This document shows, piece by piece, positions 1 to 8,366 of a stretch of DNA of 20,000 nucleotides. Source of the DNA: an uncultured virus (IMG/VR IMGVR_UViG_2061766007_000957) (Duplodnaviria > Heunggongvirae > Uroviricota > Caudoviricetes); the IMG/VR virus record IMGVR_UViG_2061766007_000957, positions 44,585 through 64,584 of that record. One strand, 5' to 3'. Every line of letters starts with the position of its first letter. Position 1 is the stretch's first letter. The position numbers and the translations under genes were made by a program. The notes below the pieces were generated by a model. That model made no database searches and was not told where the DNA came from. It saw nothing but the letters and a program-made list of their open reading frames with translations.

Positions 1-1414
1 GACATAAGGCTGCAAGACATTTTGGTTCTTGCTGGCTATAATCTGCCGACATTAAAACATATCCATCAGATGCAACAAACATCTTTCTAATATCCTTGTT
101 ATGAGATGGTATGTTTTGTAAGTTTGGATCACTACTACTCATTCTCCCAGTATCCGCACCATACTGATTAAACCTGCAATGAATACGCCCATCATTCGGA
201 TTAACACATTCAGGCAGCTTCTCAATATAAGTTGTCAATAATTTCTTAATGCCCCTATACTCTAAAATTGCATTAGATATTGGATGATCTAATTTACTGA
301 GGATCTCTTCTCCAGTACCCCGCGGATTCCTTTTATCGGGACATTTTAATCCCAGCACATCATATAACATAATTGCTATCTGAGATGCAGAACTGATGTT
401 GATGGGATATTCAAGTTTATTGTTTATTCCCTGCTCCGCTCGATACCGATCTAAGTCTTCTCCAAAATCATCACACAGTCGGTAAAATTTTTCCTTAGCA
501 TCTTCTAACATTTTATTGTATTGAACATTAAGTTGATTTGCATAATCCATATCAAGCAGGATTCCATTATCCTCCATACTTGTGACAGCTTCAATACATG
601 GCATCTCTATATTTTTGAATACCCAATATAACTGTCTCATATCTTCCCGATCATGATCCGCCCTTAAATGCTTCCTCTGATAGCTGCATAATTCATAAGT
701 AATTTCCGGATCATGAGCTGCATATAGATATCCAACAGTTGGTGGGATCATAGTAAATGGAATGCCCTTAAATAAATCATCAAATCTAAACGCATCCCCT
801 TCGCCAGCTAAACAATATTTCTTATGCAAATCTTTTAGATTTTTATGGGGCTCATTTTCATTTAAGATCCGGCCAGCTAAAAACCCATCCCATGTACAGT
901 ATATATTTTTGATGCCAGTTTGATTTCGTATAAACCGCAAATCAAAATTAGCATTGAACATATCTATCTCCGGACGCTTTTCTAATAAGCGATTAAACTC
1001 CTGAGATACAAAGTCAATGCTTAATTGATTTGGAACAAACTCATTCGTAATATAACTGATATGATTAAGGGGTATGTAAGCAGCTGGCTGCCCTTGCGTA
1101 AATGGACATATGCCTGCTATATGATTTAAGAGCGGATCTAATCCATCGGTTTCGGTATCAATGGCTATATATCCATTACCTATACATTCGGTAATAAAAT
1201 CGTGCAGGACTTCTTCTTCCCGAATGAGCTGATATCGGTCTTTGTATTGTCCAAGATTCTTTTCAACTTCCGCCTTGATCTGGTTAATGCGGGCAAGCAT
1301 AGTAGATCCACTTCTGACAGTTGATCTTGCTTTAGATATGGAATTAGATTTCCCAGCAATCTTTTTATCCTGAGCTTTATTATTAAGCCTATTCGGCACT
1401 TCAAACAACGCCAT
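1..1414 (-). CDS. polA: Family A DNA polymerase with 3'-5' exonuclease domain, no 5'-3' exonuclease; C-terminus runs off the window
   Basis: Not in the ORF track; translated by hand from ATG 1414 (RBS AAGGAGA): MALFEVPNRL... ExoI IAIDTETDGL, ExoII FNANFDLRF, ExoIII YAAHD, TGRMSSSDPNLQNIP and motif A SADYSQQEP. The start codon and the motifs at the window edge are in the same frame. Confidence 0.96.
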   Translation of the reverse strand, partial: MALFEVPNRLNNKAQDKKIAGKSNSISKARSTVRSGSTMLARINQIKAEVEKNLGQYKDRYQLIREEEVLHDFITECIGNGYIAIDTETDGLDPLLNHIAGICPFTQGQPAAYIPLNHISYITNEFVPNQLSIDFVSQEFNRLLEKRPEIDMFNANFDLRFIRNQTGIKNIYCTWDGFLAGRILNENEPHKNLKDLHKKYCLAGEGDAFRFDDLFKGIPFTMIPPTVGYLYAAHDPEITYELCSYQRKHLRADHDREDMRQLYWVFKNIEMPCIEAVTSMEDNGILLDMDYANQLNVQYNKMLEDAKEKFYRLCDDFGEDLDRYRAEQGINNKLEYPINISSASQIAIMLYDVLGLKCPDKRNPRGTGEEILSKLDHPISNAILEYRGIKKLLTTYIEKLPECVNPNDGRIHCRFNQYGADTGRMSSSDPNLQNIPSHNKDIRKMFVASDGYVLMSADYSQQEPKCLAALC

Positions 1415-1439
1415 TGTATTTCTCCTTAAAACAAATGAA

Positions 1440-1513
1440 TCGGGAGTATGGGATTCGAACCCATCGTCTTCGGCTTATAAGGCCGCTGCATTCACCTGCT
1501 ATGCTAACTCCCA
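1440..1513 (-). tRNA. tRNA-Ile, anticodon UAU; CCA not encoded
   Basis: Cloverleaf: acceptor TGGGAGT/ACTCCCG plus discriminator A; D stem GCAT/ATGC; anticodon arm GCGGC-CT TAT AA-GCCGA; T arm ATGGG-TTCGAAT-CCCAT. Anticodon at 1477-1479. Confidence 0.9.
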
Positions 1514-1629
1514 TTTATTGCAGGGACAACTTCTGCTTACCTAAGCTTCACTCATTGCCCGGTCCGATTGCATATAACCCTGCATGGATCAGAGTGTCAA
1601 TCCGTTAAAGTTTTGAACGGGGGAGCTGT

Positions 1630-2343
1630 TTAGTATACGTCCTCGTTGCTGCGGCGCGAAGGAGTTCTCCGTCTTACCGGGGCTTCCTCTTCCTGCTTAC
1701 CGCCACGCCGTCTGACGGGGCGAGCTTCTTCCGTATCATCATCCGTCGGCGGGAACTGACCTTCTGTCAGGTAATACTCCATATCTTCCGCCGTCTTATC
1801 AAGTACATGATTCCCAAGGATGGGAGACATTGCAGGGAGATCCTCTAACGTAGTATCATCAGGCTGGCCGATCGGATATACATTGTACTGGGTCTGCTGA
1901 TCACCAGATGCGCCATCACGCTCGATCTCAAATATCTGGCCTACCATATTCGGATACCGGGAAGCCATGCTAGTAAGCTTCTTAAACCAGGTCTTGCCCC
2001 GCTCCCATATCTGCACCTTATCCTCGTCAATGTTATAGATCGGGATAAACAGCTTGACAACCGTATATTTGCCTTCGCGGCAAAACGGGCATACATCAAC
2101 CGGATCCTTATAATCCCGCAAACAGTTAACGTATCTCTTACGGGGTCTGCCATTCTTGCCCATTAGGACTCTACCATTTTCATCGACCATATCGATTTCA
2201 TGGACAGTATCCCCTACAATATCATCAACGCTGGCATACATAAATCTGACCTGCGCCACTTCCTTATCTTCTTTGAGCTGAAAGAACCCAGCTCCTCCTT
2301 GGCCGCCGTACTTATCGACCTCGTCATGTCTAACTCTTGCCAT
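1630..2343 (-). CDS. Phage single-stranded DNA-binding protein (T4 gp32-like, Zn-binding)
   Basis: GFFQLKEDKE...VRF N-terminus, H...C...CPFC zinc ligands, IWERGK and FEIERDG...TQY motifs, acidic/aromatic tail; sits next to the polymerase. Confidence 0.8.
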   Translation of the reverse strand: MARVRHDEVDKYGGQGGAGFFQLKEDKEVAQVRFMYASVDDIVGDTVHEIDMVDENGRVLMGKNGRPRKRYVNCLRDYKDPVDVCPFCREGKYTVVKLFIPIYNIDEDKVQIWERGKTWFKKLTSMASRYPNMVGQIFEIERDGASGDQQTQYNVYPIGQPDDTTLEDLPAMSPILGNHVLDKTAEDMEYYLTEGQFPPTDDDTEEARPVRRRGGKQEEEAPVRRRTPSRRSNEDVY

Positions 2344-2344
2344 A

Positions 2345-3136
2345 TTACTTGTCCTCCTTCTTAGATTTTGTAGTGCCTTCGTTCTTGGAGATGCGATAAT
2401 TTCTCCCAGCTTTCAGTAGAGCCTTGATCAGCTTCTTATCCTGCGCGGACAGCTTGTCCGTGAATTTGTATACCGCCCCAAACATATGATTGATAGTTGA
2501 AGTGGGCTGAGTCATATCCTCAGTAACCACAATCGGCTTAACAGCAATCGTCAGAGAGCTCTTGCTGTAATTAAACTTGCAATACATATGGCCGCCTACC
2601 TTAAACGCATTCATCTTGATGTCCTTAGCAGGGCTGAAGATCTCATCCCCATATGCAGCTACCTGATCATAGATCCACTGCTTGTCCTCAGTGATGTGAG
2701 CTGCTTCCTGTTTAGGCTGGCGCGGCTTACGAGCTGCCTTTTTCTTGGCTGCATCAGCCTTTGCCTTTGCCTGAGCTGCGATCTCCTTACCAACCTCAGC
2801 CAGCGGAGTACCATCGCCTGCTACCTCAGCCTTCAGATCTGCCAGCTTCTCCGAACCGGGCATAGGAACCAGATTTTCCTCAACAATCTCATAGGATTCG
2901 ATCTTAGGGCACTCAATGCCAAGATCCTTCTTCTGCTGCATAACCTCCTCAACATAAGCATCCTGCTCCTGAGCCTGCTCATCCTCAACCTTCTTCCACC
3001 ATCTCTTGAAAGTGGATTCTGAGATCTCGGTGATCTTGCCATCAGCATACTGCAGCTGAACCGTTTTGAATTTCTCATTCCTGCCAATTACCGTCGCCAT
3101 CTGTACTTCTTTGCTTCTCTTGTTCATGTAAGTCAT
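2345..3136 (-). CDS. Hypothetical phage protein, charged, possibly nucleic-acid binding
   Basis: 263-aa ORF with strong RBS TAAGGAGG; basic/aromatic N-terminal domain (ISESTFKRWWKKV), Ala/Lys linker, globular C-terminus; ends 1 bp before the SSB start. Confidence 0.8.
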   Translation of the reverse strand: MTYMNKRSKEVQMATVIGRNEKFKTVQLQYADGKITEISESTFKRWWKKVEDEQAQEQDAYVEEVMQQKKDLGIECPKIESYEIVEENLVPMPGSEKLADLKAEVAGDGTPLAEVGKEIAAQAKAKADAAKKKAARKPRQPKQEAAHITEDKQWIYDQVAAYGDEIFSPAKDIKMNAFKVGGHMYCKFNYSKSSLTIAVKPIVVTEDMTQPTSTINHMFGAVYKFTDKLSAQDKKLIKALLKAGRNYRISKNEGTTKSKKEDK

Positions 3137-3210
3137 GTCTTTTCCTCCTTAGAAATAAGTTTGTAGGGTTTGTAGTTTCGATACGATATTAAGTTGTAGG
3201 AACCTCCTTT

Positions 3211-3342
3211 CTATAGTGAGTTGATATATTCCTCGGCGTCCTGCTCACTGGCAAAACTTCCGATGAATCCCAGCTTGCCATATACGTCAACCCCCATGGT
3301 CGACCGGCCAATAATGATTGTGAATCCCTTATAAATGTACAT
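3211..3342 (-). CDS. Small 43-aa hypothetical protein
   Basis: MYIYKGFTIIIGRSTMGVDVYGKLGFIGSFASEQDAEEYINSL; RBS GGGAGG 5 nt before the ATG, directly downstream of a consensus promoter; below the ORF-track cutoff. Confidence 0.75.
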   Translation of the reverse strand: MYIYKGFTIIIGRSTMGVDVYGKLGFIGSFASEQDAEEYINSL

Positions 3343-3352
3343 ACGCACCTCC

Positions 3353-3391
3353 CATCGTAAATATTATACGATGTATTTTCTGACATTTCAA
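3353..3391 (-). promoter_or_regulatory. sigmaA-type promoter with overlapping palindromic operator
   Basis: TTGAAA (3386-3391), 17-bp spacer, TATAAT (3363-3368); inverted repeat CATCGTA-N7-TACGATG spans the -10 box. Confidence 0.8.
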
Positions 3392-3394
3392 CCC

Positions 3395-3559
3395 TTATTT
3401 TGTATTTTGCAGGGCTTCAAGAATCTGCTTAGTAATATACGAATTTGTAGATCCGGAACGCATGACAATTTTTATCTTACTAAGATCCGCTCCGGATTTT
3501 CTTAACTTTCTACATATGGCATCAAACCTCATCAATAAATCCCTATCTTGTTCTTTCAT
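3395..3559 (-). CDS. Small hypothetical protein (54 aa)
   Basis: Start MKEQDRDLL overlaps the primase stop (ATGA), with RBS GGAGA; a better start than the track's 3598. Confidence 0.7.
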   Translation of the reverse strand: MKEQDRDLLMRFDAICRKLRKSGADLSKIKIVMRSGSTNSYITKQILEALQNTK

Positions 3560-4500
3560 AGCACTTTCTCCAATCTTTTTAATTCTTCCCCGGTACATTC
3601 ATTTGCATCTTTACGTCCACCGGGCAGCAAGTATTCAAATATCAATTTATTTGTAACATTCTTTTTAATTCGCTGGCGAGCCTGCATCCCTGCTTTATCC
3701 ATATCGGTACAAAGGATCAGTTCCCTGCATGGCAACTCTCTAAGCTGCTTGTATTGCAACTCCGTCCCAAGACCATTCAGCGCCACCGCACATCTTTTAA
3801 TTGTCCAGAATGATAATGCGTCAAGCATTGATTCGCATACAATGACTGCTGACGGGAATACTCTTTGTTGATATAATTCGAAAAGTCCGTAGAGTGGCTT
3901 TTCGGCTTCTTTCGGATAATTAAAATACTTAGTATCAACAGACCGACGGGCAACAAATAATGTGCCACCAGATTTATCCCGTACAGGAAAAGTAATGCAG
4001 CGAGTATCTTTATCATACCCAATATCAAACTCCTCAATAACTTCATCTGTTAACCCCCTCTCATACATGTATGGATGATAGTATCTATAGTGCTCTAATA
4101 TTTCTTCTGGAACATAAGTTATTTGTTTTTCTTGTGTCTTGCCTCTGCTGAGCTGCAATTCGATCGGCTTTCGATCCTCGACCTGAATAGTTGCATAATT
4201 TTTCAGTAACCACTTCCATCCAAAAGATCCAACCTGATCATTGATATATCCAAAGCAATATGAAATGACTTCATTAAGTTCGTGGATCTCCCCACATGCA
4301 AAACAATGAAATTTGCCATCGCTTTTTCTAATCCCAGCACTAGGTCTTCGTTCATTGTGATATGGACAGCATACCATGATATCATTCCCGATATCTTTTA
4401 TCTTATCAAATTTTTGCAAGCCTTGCGTAGCCAGCTGCGCATCGATCTCCATCAATATATCATTCAGGCTTGCATTAAATTCTACGCCATTGATTTTCAT
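3556..4500 (-). CDS. dnaG: DNA primase (CHC2 zinc finger + TOPRIM)
   Basis: CCPYHNERRPS...FHCFAC zinc finger; ITFPVRD, VCESMLDALS, LCTDMDKAG and KDANE TOPRIM motifs. Confidence 0.95.
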   Translation of the reverse strand: MKINGVEFNASLNDILMEIDAQLATQGLQKFDKIKDIGNDIMVCCPYHNERRPSAGIRKSDGKFHCFACGEIHELNEVISYCFGYINDQVGSFGWKWLLKNYATIQVEDRKPIELQLSRGKTQEKQITYVPEEILEHYRYYHPYMYERGLTDEVIEEFDIGYDKDTRCITFPVRDKSGGTLFVARRSVDTKYFNYPKEAEKPLYGLFELYQQRVFPSAVIVCESMLDALSFWTIKRCAVALNGLGTELQYKQLRELPCRELILCTDMDKAGMQARQRIKKNVTNKLIFEYLLPGGRKDANECTGEELKRLEKVL

Positions 4501-5783
4501 TAGAAAACATCCTCGTTGCTTTCTTCTTTTTCTTTTGGCTTTCTTTCCCTGCGCCTTATCGGTTCATCATTATTCAGAACAGTTGGTATAAACTCACCAA
4601 TATTAGCATTCCATGTATAAGCAATCTTTCCACCAACTCCTCCGTTCCTTTGCTTCTTAACCTGAATGATCAAAGTATTGTCTTTTTGCTTTAATGAAAT
4701 AATCTTGCTGGCATTGTAACTAATACCATCGCTGTCCCTGATATTTTCCAACTCAGGGAGATCATCTGTATTCTTATCAGTAATGCCGCCCCGGTTTGCT
4801 TGTACAACTGCCAGTACCGGAACTCCGACTTCCATTGATAGGCTCATAAGATCCTCAGCTATGTTTGTCAGAGAAGTGGTTTTATTATCGTTTCTGCGAC
4901 CCCGCTCATCACTTAAATATGTTATGCCATCAATGGCTATAATATCAAGATGATTTTGCTTTATCCAGTTCCGTAACTTTGTTACAGTTATTTGCCTATT
5001 GAAGTCATTGGGGGTAGCAACTAAAAATTGATTTTCCTTAGTAAGCAGATCATCTATATAAGTCCGGTATTCATCTTCTGCGATGTTATTATTACCCCAC
5101 ATAAGACCTTTATTATCAAAATTCTTATACAAAGTATCAAACCTATATCCGATACTGCTGGCTCCCATTTCCGGACTAATATAGCCAACATTAAATCCGA
5201 TCTCCCATATATGAGAACATATTTTTTCAAGCAGCCATGACTTACCTTGATTTGTTCTTGCAAAGATCACAAATAATTCTTCTCTTCGCTGAATCCCATG
5301 AATTAGATCATCAAGCTCCGGTAACCCAGTTGTAAAGAACCATTCTTTTTGATGATCCCTTCTTTCAACAAATTCATCATATCGCTGCTTTGCCTGCGAT
5401 ATAATATCAATTCCTCCCAGCTTATAAGAAGGTTGTAATTCTTTTGTGGCCTGCAACATGTATTCAGCAGCTGCATTAGCATCCGTCTGTAACAGATCAG
5501 CAATCTTCTGAACAATGGGAACTGATTTTTGAAATAAATATTCTTCCCGAATTGTTTCCACCAAATAACGATCACTTTCGGTAACCTCAACCAATTCTAT
5601 ATTATCAAACTTACTTAGAAAGGTCGCTTTGTCAGGAGTGTTGCCGTACTGCTTATAATGATCCAATATGAAATTGTATTCGTCTTCGTATTCTATGAAA
5701 TACTCTTGGGTAAGTTGATTGTTTTCGATAATATCTATGCTGCCAGTTTGAAGGCATTTTGAAAGAATCTGGAGTGCAACCAT
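4500..5783 (-). CDS. dnaB: Replicative DnaB-like (SF4) helicase
   Basis: TGLPELDD, Walker A FARTNQGKS, ISPEM, IAIDGITYL, VVQANR and IRDSDGI...KKQRNG motifs. Confidence 0.95.
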   Translation of the reverse strand: MVALQILSKCLQTGSIDIIENNQLTQEYFIEYEDEYNFILDHYKQYGNTPDKATFLSKFDNIELVEVTESDRYLVETIREEYLFQKSVPIVQKIADLLQTDANAAAEYMLQATKELQPSYKLGGIDIISQAKQRYDEFVERRDHQKEWFFTTGLPELDDLIHGIQRREELFVIFARTNQGKSWLLEKICSHIWEIGFNVGYISPEMGASSIGYRFDTLYKNFDNKGLMWGNNNIAEDEYRTYIDDLLTKENQFLVATPNDFNRQITVTKLRNWIKQNHLDIIAIDGITYLSDERGRRNDNKTTSLTNIAEDLMSLSMEVGVPVLAVVQANRGGITDKNTDDLPELENIRDSDGISYNASKIISLKQKDNTLIIQVKKQRNGGVGGKIAYTWNANIGEFIPTVLNNDEPIRRRERKPKEKEESNEDVF

Positions 5784-6439
5784 TATCTCATATCCTCACT
5801 TTTCAATTCTATTATCTCACTGCAATTGTATACCCTGCTTACCAACCGGCTACCAATATGCTCTGTTAATTCTTCAACAGAAGTATAATTGCTTGTAAAT
5901 ATGTTGGATCGGTTTGCCTGCTGCCTTGCATTGATATAAACAAGCAGCTGAGTGTAATCATATTCACTTACTTTACCCGCTCCTATATCATCCCATATGA
6001 CGAGCGGGGTTTTCTTTACGTTTTCCAAATAACTATTAGATAATGGGTTGTCAAAATGCTTTAACGAGGTTAAAAATTCCGGAACATATATAAACAATCC
6101 CAGCGGCTCAACAGGACCCCATACATCCCATTCTAATTCAAACAGCTTATACATGATCTTGATCGCCCAGCTTGTTTTTCCATTACCAGTATATTTGCTG
6201 CATATGTAAAGATTACTTCCATCTTCAACAAACCCATCCACAGTATCCTTTATCTCTTTCAGGCGAAGAAATTGTTTGAGATCTTTCCCATCGCAATCCA
6301 AATTGATGGGATGATGTAAATTCTCCGGAACACCAGATAAATTCATTAAGGCTTTAATAACCGGATATTTTACGCAAGTATTACAATCTTTATCGCATAC
6401 CTTTTTATACCAGCAATCAGAAATGGTATACGCGTTCAT
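5783..6439 (-). CDS. DnaC/IstB-like AAA+ helicase loader
   Basis: N-terminal Cys cluster, Walker A TGNGKTS, Walker B VIWDDIG, IFTSN and SRLVSRV...EDMR; lies between initiator and helicase. Confidence 0.9.
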   Translation of the reverse strand: MNAYTISDCWYKKVCDKDCNTCVKYPVIKALMNLSGVPENLHHPINLDCDGKDLKQFLRLKEIKDTVDGFVEDGSNLYICSKYTGNGKTSWAIKIMYKLFELEWDVWGPVEPLGLFIYVPEFLTSLKHFDNPLSNSYLENVKKTPLVIWDDIGAGKVSEYDYTQLLVYINARQQANRSNIFTSNYTSVEELTEHIGSRLVSRVYNCSEIIELKSEDMR

Positions 6440-7199
6440 TTTTATCCTCCTTTGTAGCTCTTGGTGCAGATGCTAACCCATCTATGGATTTCTTTTTGCC
6501 ATTATATTTTCCCTCTAAGATACTGAGAAATTTATCCTCCCTAAAAATGAAATCAAAATCTGCAACCCAGCCTCTGTCATTTTTTCCGGTTAAAAAATCA
6601 GATGCATTTGCTTTATCAAATACCTGGATTATTTCGTCCAGCGAATACTTTTTAAGGATAGCCCGGATAGCCTTTTTCCTTTTTTCTGATAATTGCCTTG
6701 CTTTTGGTAATTTGTTACATCGATCATTGTACAATTCCAATACCCGATTTTCGCCCTTATCCCCTTTATCCCTTTCTATATCTATATCTTTTTTTACTTC
6801 TATAAGCCCTTTACTGCTTAATGGCTTATTAAGACTATTATCTAGATTATCTATATGGCTTATATTATTGGTGAACCTTAGGTGCATACCATGAACCTTA
6901 GGTGCATACCCCCCATGAACCTTAGGTGCATAGTATGCAACATAGGTTACTCCATTTATAATTAATTGTTCTTTTGTAATAAGATTGCGGGAAATAAGAT
7001 TCTTCAGATTTTTTTGAATGCCCTGCTTTGTAGCTCCACACCAATCGGCTAAATATTGCAGGCTGCCAGTAAACTTTTGGTTTTCGATTTGACTGAATCC
7101 ATATATAGTGGCGTATACAAGTAAATCATTACCGGTCAATCCCAGCTCCGTTCTCATCCATCCTTGTATTTCTAAGAAATTGGTTTCCTGTACTTGCAT
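6417..7199 (-). CDS. Phage replication initiator / replisome organizer (N-terminal wHTH)
   Basis: Start MQVQETNF at 7199 with RBS GGAGG; IQGWMRTELGLTGNDLLVYATIYGFSQ...SLQYLADWCG HTH; C-terminal FLTGKNDRGWVADFDF...ILEGKY domain; internal iterons. Confidence 0.88.
   Translation of the reverse strand: MQVQETNFLEIQGWMRTELGLTGNDLLVYATIYGFSQIENQKFTGSLQYLADWCGATKQGIQKNLKNLISRNLITKEQLIINGVTYVAYYAPKVHGGYAPKVHGMHLRFTNNISHIDNLDNSLNKPLSSKGLIEVKKDIDIERDKGDKGENRVLELYNDRCNKLPKARQLSEKRKKAIRAILKKYSLDEIIQVFDKANASDFLTGKNDRGWVADFDFIFREDKFLSILEGKYNGKKKSIDGLASAPRATKEDKNERVYHF
6872..6950. repeat. Iteron array (probable replication origin) inside the initiator gene
   Basis: TGAACCTTAGGTGCATA occurs three times exactly (6872, 6892, 6916), plus a degenerate inverted copy at 6934-6950 (12/17 match); AT-rich tract at about 6775-6870. 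Confidence 0.85.
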
Positions 7200-7218
7200 G
7201 CCGTCCTCCGATAAAACC

Positions 7219-7318
7219 GGGCTTGCATAAATGCAAATGCGGTTACATTTATGCAAGCCCTTCTGTAGCTTTCGTTATAAGGTTTCTTGTTGCAAGAGTT
7301 CCGCATAACTCCAGCTAC
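7219..7318 (-). promoter_or_regulatory. Structured 5' leader of the initiator gene (attenuator/kissing-loop element)
   Basis: 18-bp hairpin at 7219-7260 (one G-U pair in the minus sense) and a multibranch element at 7265-7318 with complementary loops. Confidence 0.65.
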
Positions 7319-7349
7319 CTTTTTAATGAACCATGCAGCTCACAATTCT

Positions 7350-7377
7350 ATAATACTCATTGACATATATAAGTCAA
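7350..7377 (-). promoter_or_regulatory. Putative sigmaA promoter for the replication operon
   Basis: TTGACT-16 bp-TATTAT; the -35 box is part of a palindrome TTGAC-N8-GTCAA. Confidence 0.5.
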
Positions 7378-7382
7378 CCTTT

Positions 7383-7616
7383 TTATTTTTGGTATGCCTT
7401 ATATGCATCCTCGATCTGGTTGTCACATTCAGCATTAACAGTATCCCATAGCAATTTTCTTTCCTGCTCCAGATCCACACCTTCGACTGCTGGGATCAAT
7501 CTTTCTTCGCAAGCTTCGATTGTATAGAAGGCATCCCCGATCTTAATACTTGCCCTGCTCGTAAACCGGATACTTGTTGTGACAGCTTTCTGTTCATACT
7601 TCTTCTTTGTGGCCAT
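7383..7616 (-). CDS. Hypothetical phage protein (77 aa)
   Basis: ORF with RBS AAGGAG, coupled to the upstream stop (TAATG). Confidence 0.8.
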   Translation of the reverse strand: MATKKKYEQKAVTTSIRFTSRASIKIGDAFYTIEACEERLIPAVEGVDLEQERKLLWDTVNAECDNQIEDAYKAYQK

Positions 7617-8095
7617 TATTTTTTCTCCTTTGCTTTTTTGATTGTAAGGCGCTCTTCCTGCTTATCGGTATAACATGCCTTCAATTTAAGCAGAACCGCC
7701 TTATCTTCAATGTCACCATTAAATATGGCGGTTTCTAAAGCATCCTGATCGATATATTCCTTTGTCCTGATATAAGGACATTGCTGGGATCCATTATGGG
7801 AGATCCAATAGTCTTTCAGGATTTCAAGCATCTGCTCTTCATTAACAATATGCTTGGTTGCCACTACATAAGACATTACCCAGCCATCTGCTTCTATATT
7901 ATTGACAGAAAGCTCCCTGCATATACGCTTTATTTCCTTGTTATCCGCCTCAATTAGCGCTTTTAATTCATCAGCCTTAGATTTATTCGCCCCATAGGCT
8001 GGAATAAGCTGTATGAGCTTATTTTGGAGCTGATTTGCTGGCTCCTGCCTTACCTCTTCTACCGGGTTTTTTACTCCTAATACTTTTCTTGCCAT
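7616..8095 (-). CDS. Hypothetical phage protein (coiled-coil N-terminus)
   Basis: Start MARKVLG at 8095 with RBS AAGGAGG; stop coupled to the next gene's start. Confidence 0.8.
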   Translation of the reverse strand: MARKVLGVKNPVEEVRQEPANQLQNKLIQLIPAYGANKSKADELKALIEADNKEIKRICRELSVNNIEADGWVMSYVVATKHIVNEEQMLEILKDYWISHNGSQQCPYIRTKEYIDQDALETAIFNGDIEDKAVLLKLKACYTDKQEERLTIKKAKEKK

Positions 8096-8366
8096 CTTCT
8101 TTGACCTCCTTCTTATAATATCGCTGGGTTGTTTTGCCCATGATACCATTTCTACCTTTTGGAAGTGCCTTCTGAAATTCGATCAGTTTTGACAGATCTT
8201 CCCTTTTCCAATAGCGTCTACTTTTTTCAGTATCTTTTGTATACTCCGGAAGCAGCTGCGCAATTTCATTGTCCGGATTTTCCTTCTTAAATCGATACCA
8301 AAAATTCAAAGTATTTTCGCTGATGCCCAGCATTACTACTACCTGTTGTGCTGTTAAGTATTCCAT
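8019..8366 (-). CDS. MerR/excisionase-like HTH DNA-binding protein
   Basis: YLTAQQVVVMLGISENTLNFWY HTH and RRYWKREDLSKL wing; RBS AAAGGAGG. Confidence 0.75.
   Translation of the reverse strand: MEYLTAQQVVVMLGISENTLNFWYRFKKENPDNEIAQLLPEYTKDTEKSRRYWKREDLSKLIEFQKALPKGRNGIMGKTTQRYYKKEVKEDGKKSIRSKKPGRRGKAGASKSAPK

Noticed and set aside
1415..1440. HDV-like (theta) ribozyme after the tRNA, or stop-codon recoding
   Set aside because: The 3' trailer is only 25 AT-rich nt leading to the polA RBS; the tRNA is not a suppressor, and genes read through normally under code 11 with TAA, TAG and TGA all used as stops.
1180..1608. Track ORFs 1180-1404 (-) and 1414-1608 (+)
   Set aside because: The first is out of frame within polA; the second is antisense to the tRNA.
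3189..3386. 65-aa ORF from the track
   Set aside because: It starts inside a promoter spacer with no RBS; the 43-aa ORF at 3211-3342 has a clear RBS and promoter.
1..5783. Intein or intron in the polymerase, primase or helicase
   Set aside because: Motif spacing and protein lengths are normal, with no homing-endonuclease signature in the visible part.
6872..6932. Direct repeats as a mini CRISPR array
   Set aside because: The repeats are 17 bp with 3-7 bp gaps inside an intact CDS and there are no cas genes; they fit iterons.
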